A program made the position numbers and the translations under genes. Below are positions 37,206 to 46,907 of a DNA stretch of 64,000 nucleotides, in pieces. Source of the stretch: Folioceros fuciformis. Its lineage: Eukaryota. The DNA is taken from assembly GCA_049999805.1 (NCBI GenBank), contig JBNGIO010006283.1, positions 1 to 64,000 of the forward strand. Reading direction: 5' to 3'. The notes under the pieces were generated by a model, which was not told the DNA's origin, searched no databases, and was given only the letters and a program-made list of their open reading frames with translations. Numbering within the stretch: the first letter of the stretch is position 1; each line of letters opens with the position of its first letter.

Positions 37206-40200
37206 TCACATGACCGAATACCCGGGACCACCTCCGCCTTCAGGAACAGTCCACATGATGTTTTGGGTGGGGTCTTTGATATCACAGGCCTGCCCATTGG
37301 ATTTTCCAATATCAGTATAGTGTCCAAGACACGTATCACAAGATCATCGTTGTCTTGCAAGACATAAATACGAGGCAAATCCAACACAATCCCTTCAGGT
37401 GTATTGCGGTCTGAAATCCTCCGACAGACCTTACAGTGCAGACAATTTTGCGCATTGATGTGCAGCTTTAATTCGTCACGGTCTGTCGCAACGTATCTGC
37501 AGACCACTGGCATATAAGAGGTATTCGATGGCTAAAGGCACGACAAGCAGGGCAGGAAGACTTACTCATAGACTCGTGCAGGACAGTACCGAGACTCTGG
37601 CCCTGCAAATACTGGTAAGTTAACAGTTTCTGGTACTTTTGGATCTCGGAGCCGAAGATGTGCAGGCTGATCATGGTTGTGGTTGGTGTTACTCCTGCAG
37701 ATGGTGGACAGTAGTGGGACAACATGACTTAGTTTTTTGACAGCGTCTATCTGCAGGATCTTCACAGTTTTTCATCGTGCTCTTGTGAAAATGGCACCCA
37801 CCTGTGCAACGATGTGAGCAGGTCAAATGAGATCACACCATCAGGCTTGGGGTACTCGATGGGTGTATGCTTTGCAGCATGCTGCAAAAAAGCGTGAAGC
37901 AGGTTAATAACCGCAGGATGCTCATTTGGATGGACATGAGACCCAGTCGAGCATGCAATTCTAACCAAATACTCCTGCTGTCCTCACCTCTGTGGCCAAG
38001 TTGTCTGGGCTTCCATGCTTGAGAGTCACAGGAAGTTTTCCTCTTGTAATGTAGCTGCAAGGTGTCTGGGTTCTCAGTCAAAAAAGTTGTGACAACTTGG
38101 AAACTGGCAAGTGACATTATAATGCAAATTAGCTTACTGTTCGACTGCAGACACTACCAATCCGGGGAACAGACCATGGTGGAATGCCTGTTTAGGACAG
38201 AGCAGACCACGACTCTGATGGTTATTCCCAATCAACTAGAAACTTTTCTCCCAGAACTCTCAACCACGATGCAAAACATGCTCTACCGGACGTAGATTCC
38301 TTGCTGCATACAGTTCTTGCCATAGCCATGACTTTTTCAGCAGGGCCCAGTATTCTTCCATAGATGGCAGTTCTTGAGAGTCTCTAATGAGTGAATTGAA
38401 GGCTGCTTCAGCAGCTAACATTCCTGTAGCAGAGCCATCATATCATTCGTCTTGGATCATAAACAACACGCATGAGCTAGGAAATCCAGCAGGCCGTACA
38501 GAATTTTGAAACCATACCTGACTTCATGGCTGTATGAGTTCCTTTTATCTTTGGAACGTTCAAAAATCCGGCTGCGCAACCCAGTAAGGCGCCTCCGGGA
38601 AAAGATGTCTTTGGTATGGACTGACAGCACAGTGTAGGGCCAACCAAGTAAGGAAGGGACCTCCAACATAGACACACGCTGGGAGACGAGATACGGGCAG
38701 TTACAACATCATGGAGCACTCACACCTGAAATCCACCTTCATTCAGACTGCGTGCTCCATACTGAATTACTTTGCCACCGTCAAGCATTGGCTTGATAGA
38801 AGGATGATGCTTGAACCTCTGAAGTCACAGAATTGCACAAGAATCTGAACACTGATCCCAATTATAGACAGCAATCGTTTTCGATTGCTGTAAGAGAGGG
38901 ACTTGCCTGATACTCTTCATACGGGATCAGATAGGGATTTTTGTAGTCCAGGGCCACTACGAGTCCGATTGCTATCTGTTCACACATACCAAAGTACTTA
39001 CCCTTGCCGATCGCCTTTATATAATCAAGCCGGTTATGATGCACAAGATGGAAATTCTCACCTGCCTACTGTTCATGTGATAAATGAAGGAACCACCGTA
39101 TGTTCTCCTGTCCAAAGGCCAACCTAGCGTATGGAGAACAAAACCTGGCTTATGCTTTTCTTCATCAATCTCCCAAACCTACAACGTTATCCCACTCAGA
39201 AGCAAGAAGTCTATGTATCCTGTCATGAAAGGAGTGAAATTTCATCGGACAAAGGCTCCAAAAGTGCATCCCACATACACACCTCTTTGATACCAAGAGC
39301 ATATGTTTGATGCTGAGCACCTGAAAGCTTCCTGAGCTCAAACTTTTTAATCACTGTCTGGAATAAGGGGACGGCACCACAAATAAGGATACTGGAAAGT
39401 CACGACAGTGCTCACTTCCATTGCAAAAGGCAGTTCTGCAGGATGCTTACTTCAGACAAAGAACCTCTGCAACCCTCCCCCAAGAGGGTGAGCCTTCCTA
39501 TGGACACAGACACATCTGCTTGTTATTGCCCCCACCACTGGATGCAGTTGCTACCAAGAACACATTCCATGAAACCTATTCAGAGTCACACCTCTTAGCT
39601 CCAAGCCTCGTGCAAAGTTAGCCTTTTTTGAGCCATCTTTGGCAATTCCCATATCGTTTGTAGCAACCCCAACAACCCGGTAACCATTATCTTCATATAG
39701 AATCTGAGAAAAGCTGACATAAGACAGGGCACTGTAATCTCCAAGCTGGAATGGCATGTTGTGACTTGCAAGCAGATCCACTCAACCAGATAGCATCGAC
39801 CAATTCTCTTTCTAGGTCCGCAATTCGATCCAGGAGATCCCCACTGTATGCGATGAGAGCGCTTGGACCTTACCTCACTTGCAGCAAACCCCGGGTAAAT
39901 TTCAACCCCCAATTCTTCTGCTTTACCTCCCAACCACCGGACTAGCTCGCTCAAACTATGCAGAAGTCCACACCACTACCTATTAGTAGACTGGAACATG
40001 TACCGCATGTCGTGACAGAAAGTGTGGATATGAACCTGATGACATAATTTCCAGAATTGTTGAAGGGAGATGGGAGTGGAATTGCCCGCTTCTCAGTCAG
40101 AAACCAGAACTTATCATCAGTAACCGGCACTTGCACTGGAGCCTGCGGCCGACAAGCAAACGAAGCCAATGGCAACTAGTCAATAACCACACTACACCCC

Positions 40201-40901
40201 TTCAATCTGGAGATAAAAACACAAACAGGATGCTTCAAACACCAACGTATATCACTTACACCTTGCTCCTTCCAGTCAGGGATGAGCTCCTGAAGCGACT
40301 TCGGTTCAAAGACATTCCCAGACAGAATATGGGAACCTGGAAGGAAAACAGCATCAGAATGGAAGTTTCTTGACTGCACAACCCTATAATAAAACACCAG
40401 CAGAAGGAGAGCAATCCTTTCCTACCATCTAGAAAGCACATCCCAACCTGCCAACCAAACCACGTGCACGGATAATGCAGGCTTACCAACTTCAGCCCCT
40501 TTCTCCACAACGCAGACGCTGATATCCTTGTTCCTCTCCTGCGCCAGCTGCTTGAGGCGGATAGCTGCAGACAAACCCGCAGGTCCCGCCCCCACTATAA
40601 CAACATCATACTCCATGGACTCTCTGGCCTCCGCACCAGATTGCGTGCACATTGTTCTGAATCGTCCACAAGGCCCCAAGGCAGCTCTGGCCGAGCAGCT
40701 TGCCTGCGAGGACCTCCAAATTCGAGAATCCAGAGCATGTTCGGGCAAAGCAGCCCTCACAGGTGCAGAAGATGCATCTCCCGAGCTGCGTGACTGCAGC
40801 AGGGCGTAGGACAATAGAACCTTCATCTGACCCATCTTTCGTCGTCCAACGACGCTAGCCAGAAGCGAGCTTCTCCTCGCAGACAAGGCCGCAGCTGCCA
40901 T
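37206..40901 (-). CDS. ETFQO: Electron transfer flavoprotein-ubiquinone oxidoreductase, mitochondrial
   Basis: Many short exons: [112 protein letters not shown]. Confidence 0.97.
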
Positions 40902-41597
40902 GATCACACTCTGCCACCGCAAGCACTAGCTTCTCCAATTGGTTTGCACGAGGAGCCTTGAGTCTCCGTTGTCTGCTGAAATCCTCAATTCGTCTCACGA
41001 CCTTGCCTTGACACTTGTTTCATCGTCAACCAGCACACATCTGTACAAAAGCCAAAAGCAGATTATGTACATACATACATACATATTTAGACAATATTCA
41101 TCTCCACAACCATATTACAATCCTCTCTAAAGTTGACGAGGGCTGCTGCTACACTGCTGGAACAACGCTCCGCCAAGCTACAAAGTGGTCAAGGCTTAGA
41201 ATCTCAACTCCCTTCTCATGTGCCTGCTGTTTCCTCACACTCATCCTCACCATCCCATAATATTTACATGTCCTCAGCATGTCTCCTCTATGCTTAGTTT
41301 TCGCCTCTCTTCCCTTTGCTTATATGCTCACGAAGTACACATGGTAACAAATTTTGACAAAGCATAATATGAAATTCTGAAAGTACAATATGGTGTGATA
41401 TTCCACCAACCTTTCCTTCCTATGTTTGTTGAGAGCTCTTTCTCTTGTTTTTCATACTACTAACATATATTGTTGTGCACTAGTTTTCCTGAGTGATTGC
41501 ATTTAGAAAGTCTTGCAGAATGGATCTTGGATGTTCAATTCTTCAACTGGAAATCTATGTAATATAACATGACAGAACTCAGGTTCCAGTAAAAGGT

Positions 41598-41687
41598 CAA
41601 GGCTCAACTACCATATTACATGGCTCAACTACCATATTACATCAAGGCTCAACTACCATATTACATGGCTCAACTACCATATTACAT
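41598..41687. repeat. Higher-order tandem repeat: 21-bp unit x4 arranged as 45 bp x2
   Basis: GGCTCAACTACCATATTACAT starts at 41601, 41622, 41646 and 41667; CAA precedes copies 1 and 3. Confidence 0.92.
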
Positions 41688-42495
41688 TGTGCGAGCATTG
41701 ATGCTTATTTGACAATGTTTGTCAGCCAGCCTAGTTTAGAGCAATTACATATTTGTGACCTCATCTTGTATATGAAGAGCATCTTGTCTATGAACTACTT
41801 GGTGCTAGGCTACCGAGTAATATAGTATACAGACATCAATTTGGCAGCATCAATTAGCTTGACTAACACCAAGTAGGGATTTGCTAGCTAGCCTTGTTAG
41901 TAGAACAAAGGACTGTTAGTCTAACAAGTAATCAAGTTCCATGTACCATGCTTGGTCTTCTTTGGGCACTTGTAGTAAGAAAATTGTGGGTGCATTCATA
42001 TGTTGAGTATGTTGTTGTCACTTCGACATAAAGTTGTAATTTGATCTTGCTCTCTTAATCACACCTTGAGTAATATAACAAACACTTGCCTGCTTGTTTC
42101 TGTTCAGATCTCAAAAATCAAGCTTGTTTTGCTGGTTGAAGTGGATCGCTGGATCTAGGCCTAGCTAGCACAAGATGGCTTTGCAAGTGGGACACGGAAT
42201 GCCGTATAACACATAGGGAGGAAGAAGAGAGAAGGGAAAAAACAATCGTTTTGAAGTGTAGCCACAACGGATTTGGATAAAATACTGCATGGAAACATGC
42301 GAGGTGGGAACTAGCTCGGGAAGTCGGGATATCTAGGGCTCTGACAGTCCGACACCTTAAATGTACATACTAGGAATATCGACTGTCCAGAGTGTCGCGT
42401 TGCGAGTTGCTTTGTCGCTGAGAGAGGCTGATACCTGAGAGCGATTAGCACGTAAGACATCTCTTCTAGGACGAGCTGTGAATTGGGGCGCCAAG

Positions 42496-43197
42496 ATGAG
42501 TACGACGGCGTGCCCTCGGAGGAGATCCTTGGCTGCGGTATGCGGGAACAAGAAAGTGGTGAAGGATGCGTTTTTCGTGTTGTTGTGCAGTGTTTACCTT
42601 GCACTCGAGCTGTTCCACCACGGGTCGCCTCTGGCGCCCGTGTGGAAATCCCAATCAAAATTTGCTGCTCTACACCCGCCATCAGAACCTAGAGCTTCAC
42701 CTCTGAAGGGAATTGTGGAGAGGTTGAGCTCAGAGCCGCTGAGCGAGGAAGAGCGGCAGGTTTTGGAGGACGTGAGCCGGATGTCGAACCTGGAGCTGGA
42801 GACTGTGGCAGTTGCCGAGACGGTGGTGCCGGTGACTGAGCACGCCAAGCTGGTGGAGTACGTGGAGAAGAATCTGGCCGGAATCAGGGTTGTGCTCGGG
42901 CCAGAGCGAGCAGATTCGGTGGTGAGCATGGTGCGAAACTATGCCTGCTCCGAGGACTTCGTTGACTTGTCCAGCGGGGCGTTTGATTCTACAGGGAGTT
43001 TGGCCACGTACGCATGTCTTTTGCTTGTAGCACGCCAGGATGACCATCTTCACTTTATGCTCACGGCTGGGAGAGCAGAACCGCATCTCGGGTGGAGAGG
43101 GATCTCGCGGGGGAGACGGGTTCAGTGGAGGAGTGCTCTCGCTAGGTCGCTGACTGAGAAAGTGATAGATGAAGCAAAGGAGAAATTTGCCTCGTGA
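42496..43197 (+). CDS. Hypothetical protein (233 aa), intronless, with N-terminal hydrophobic anchor
   Basis: ATG at 42496 opens a long ORF with protein-like composition. A basic N-terminus precedes AFFVLLCSVYLALELF. I do not recognise the family. Confidence 0.6.
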   Translation: MSTTACPRRRSLAAVCGNKKVVKDAFFVLLCSVYLALELFHHGSPLAPVWKSQSKFAALHPPSEPRASPLKGIVERLSSEPLSEEERQVLEDVSRMSNLELETVAVAETVVPVTEHAKLVEYVEKNLAGIRVVLGPERADSVVSMVRNYACSEDFVDLSSGAFDSTGSLATYACLLLVARQDDHLHFMLTAGRAEPHLGWRGISRGRRVQWRSALARSLTEKVIDEAKEKFAS

Positions 43198-43601
43198 TGA
43201 GCACGAGGAACGCTTCCTTTTTACTATCTCTGTATGATACCAGGAGGTGGTCGTCTCTCTCCAAGGAGAGTGGTAATCACCGAGCGCGTGGGAAACAAGG
43301 GGAATCGCCCTTGATATACTTTTCGATGGACCTTTCCGTGTTCGTGTTGAGCTGCCGGCACGTTGGAGCAGGGAGAGTTGTTACGTTGGAGGATCACGGT
43401 AGCATCTTGTTATCTGCCACGTTACACAATTAGGTTTATCCCTTGAGCAGGGAGGATGACTCGCTGTATGTGATAGGTTTCGTGCGATTTATCCTCTCAA
43501 GCCATTTGTATACAAGCCATTCTGTGCTAGCCTTGATGTTCATACTGATCGGCCTTTACCAAAATTGTTGAAGGATTGGAAAGTGAAACTTGCTATATCA
43601 C

Positions 43602-44364
43602 TCACTCCAGAATGCTTAACTCCAGAGCATTGTGCGCGAGCTCCACCCGCACCTGTCTCTCCAACTCCTCCAGTCTACTCTGGCACTCTGAAGTGCCAGT
43701 AGATCCTTGCGAGATGTTCAAATCCCTGAGCGCAGCTGCGAGATCACGCTGTTCGTGCCGGCGGCACCCTCTGTTAGACTGCATCACTCTGTCTTCGTAG
43801 TAACATTGCAGGGCATCAACAGAATTCGCTCGGGAATACAAAGCCTGAAGCCGAGATCGTGCCTCCTCGCCTCTCACAAGGGCTGCCTGAGTTTCCTCTG
43901 GAAGACCTGCGAAAGCACTGTAATGCCAGCCATTGAGTGAGTAGAGCAGCAAAAGAAGAACAAGCAGCTGCTTACTTCTGATTCGCCATGACCTTCACCT
44001 GAGAGCGCCCTTGGCAACACCCCACCCAAAACCTGCATCAACGGTTTCTCGGTATCCCATATCGAAACACGGTTGCAAAGAAAAATTCCTTCCGCCCTCT
44101 AAGCCATCCCTGTATCCCAGCTGTAGAAGGGTAAGATCAAGGATGCCAAGACGCAGCAGAAGCTGCAGTGCACAAACCGGACTTAGGCTAACTGAGAAAC
44201 AGCAAAAAGACCATCCAGGATACGTCGTGGAATTGCGCGCGGCGCATCTGCCCAGCTCGTTCTAGCGCCGCCCTCTCCCGGTGCTGTACTGCGGGTTCGT
44301 CACGGGGCACCTCCCACACATCGTCGTCAACGTTCACAGATGCGGCCACAAGCGGTGCTTCCAT
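43602..44364 (-). CDS. YAE1: Yae1-domain protein (Fe-S maturation adaptor for ABCE1/Rli1)
   Basis: Exons 44364-44224, 44120-43999 and 43917-43602. They give RRAQFHD|LGYRDGLEGGRNFSLQPCFDMGYRETVDAGFGWGVAKG, the GX3-repeat Yae1_N motif. Confidence 0.85.
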
Positions 44365-44431
44365 ACCGGCAAATACTAGTGGTGTTCAAAGTCCTTGCTC
44401 GTTGATCTAAGTGCAAAAAAAGCCAGGCGTC

Positions 44432-45668
44432 ATGAAGTTCTCCTTCTGCGGAAACTTGGATGCGCCAGACTGGATCTTGCCGCATGTCTCCGCGCTCTCC
44501 TCCCTTGTATTGCTCCACACCCTTGACGTTAGGGTTTTCCGTCCTGCTTGTCGCCCGTTTGGTAGACTCTGCCAACTGGCATGAGTTTGACGCGGAGAGG
44601 ATTTGTGCTCTCCAACGCTTGCAATGTGCAGACTGGTGCCAAAATAAACCTGTTGGCGAGTCATCTCATTGGATACATCCTGGAAGGTGGATTTGAGGTG
44701 CGTGGAATTTCGTTGTGTTGCTCGGGGTTGCGATTTGGTCCTTCTAAAATCAACAAGTGCTTTGCTGAGAAGTGAAGGTTCTTGTCCTTTTGCAGTACGA
44801 CAAGCTACTAGAACTCACAGTTGATTCGAACTTCGGTATGATACTTGGCTGTTCCCTCGTTGGATGGACAGTGCAAATGCTGTATAAGAGGCTCATTACA
44901 AGAGAAGTTTCTATGCAGGAGGGGCGGATGTCAAGGCATGCATTGCAGCCTTGCATTTCGTCCTCACTAGTGCTGCTAAGTTTGATGTAGATCCTGCTAC
45001 ACTATCCCGAGAGCTTCAGCAACTAGGCTTACCCCGAGGTTCGTAGACAACTGGGGTGTGGGAGTGGCTATGTGCTTGGACGCTTGGTGCAGGAATAATC
45101 ATTGTGTTAAACCACATGTCTTGTCATTTTGTTGCAGAACATAGTGATGCGCTTTGTAAAGCATATGGTGAAGGAAGAGAACCACTACAGGCGAAATTTC
45201 TGCACAGAACTTTGCAATGTAAGTATCACTCAAAAAGTATCTCCAAGTGTCTTGTGATATTGCAGCACACTTCTAGAACGAAAGCAACCGAGAATGCCCA
45301 GAATTTCCTTAATTCAAATCTGCTTCTACACGAACAGGTACACCTCTACAGGTATGCCAGGCACAGCCCTACAAATGTCCCTGGCAACCATACACACTCA
45401 ACTCCAAGAATGTTCTTCTGCAGTTGTCTCCTCTCGACCAGCAGCAAGTAACAGACCACAAGGTGGCAAAACCCGTTTACATCAAAGTGTCGATAGAGAA
45501 ATTTCGGTTGCTCATACATGGTACGTGCCATCTTTCAATACTGATATGTCTGTGACCAGCGATGTCTACGGCAACAATGTTACTAGACGTTCTGACTGGA
45601 GTTCTCTGGGCATTTTCATGGTTGTAGAATTGAAGGTAGCCAGGTCGTTGATGGAGGTCACCGTGTAG
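44432..45668 (+). CDS. COMMD4: COMM domain-containing protein 4
   Basis: [84 protein letters not shown]. Splicing between 45219 and 45423 is unresolved. Confidence 0.85.
44529..44537 (-). promoter_or_regulatory. Telo-box (AAACCCTAA)
   Basis: Exact match in COMMD4 intron 1, about 165 bp upstream of the YAE1 ATG. Confidence 0.5.
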
Positions 45669-46907
45669 GTGATGGTTGAGGTCATGACGATGGCAGCGTC
45701 AAGATCCACTCGCTGTTGTTTGATACGTGAGTGCAGTAATGTAAGCCCCCATAGGTCGACCTATTTTATTTTATTTTGTCAAGAGTATGAGTCTGGTATG
45801 TGCAAAACGTATTCGGTCATACCCGGGTCATAGTGACGCGTCGTATCTTTTTCCTGTCTTTCCCTGGACAATATTAATTGTCAGGGAGTTAATATTGTAT
45901 AGGGTAATACAGACTGTGGATGTGGTAATTAATATTGGACATAAATAAATGACGTAGTGGTTGTCGTTGTAACGGGTCAAGAGTGAACCTCGCGTTCGCC
46001 AACTAAGCTGATTGTCCAAGCTACAGAAGAGGACAGTGGATAGACTTCCAGCGGGAAGTTCGCAACACTCTTGTTAGGGTGGCTGGCTTTCAGCCCATCA
46101 GCTGAAAATAGGGTCTCCATCTTTGCAATTTACCACTCGTGGTGCTTCTTTCGATCCTGGCATAGCTTTGTGAGATCCTTGGAGCAAGCCATGGACGCTG
46201 CCGGAGGAACTTGCCGACGGGGACCTCGTACCGGGCACTATGCCGGAGGACTCGATGCCTCCTGCGGAACGCATCGTTTGGGACAGGAAGGGAGGCAGGC
46301 ATCAGCCAAGCCATTCTGTAACAAAAATGGGCTGGAAGGAAGTGGCTCTTGGCACCGACTTAACGTACGCAACTCGAACTGCGTCAGCCAAGCGATGGCA
46401 GCTAGCTAGTCTGAGATCACCCCACGGCCCATGGAGAAGCCTTGATTTTCGGGCTCAAACTTCAGATTATGCGACAACGAAGAATTGTATGGGACTGCGA
46501 ACTTGAAGGGTAGAGCAGTCGGGTGTGCTTGGCGGATCGCAGCCCTGTATTCCAACAGGCTAAGGCCGACCCTGGATGAGATGGGTGATGACGTGAATCG
46601 GTATCGCGTTCGTTCCACTGACTCAAGGGAGAGTCTGAACGCCGACCTTCACCAAGTCGCAGAAACGGGTTCACAACTCCAGTGCAACGCCCCTGTAGGG
46701 CTTATGGCCATAACGGATGCTCCAGTTGGGGCTTGGACTTCGGCCTTGGCTTGGCTTAGCTCGTCAGCACGGAATTTTCTGACTCTCTTGGCATCGTGAG
46801 GTGATGCAAATATGCATGTCGATTTCTGTAAGTTGGCGACATCGAGATTTGTATAGTCATGCCCTGCAGCGAGTAGGGGACCAATTTTGATAAGTTCTTC
46901 AGATAGC

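Noticed and set aside
44080..44110. Suspected frameshift in YAE1 exon 2
   Set aside because: Re-reading gives TTA GAG GGC GGA AGG AAT, so the frame is intact.
46070..46800. Overlapping short ORFs upstream of the PLS-PPR gene
   Set aside because: No recognisable family and no supported splice path into the PPR gene.
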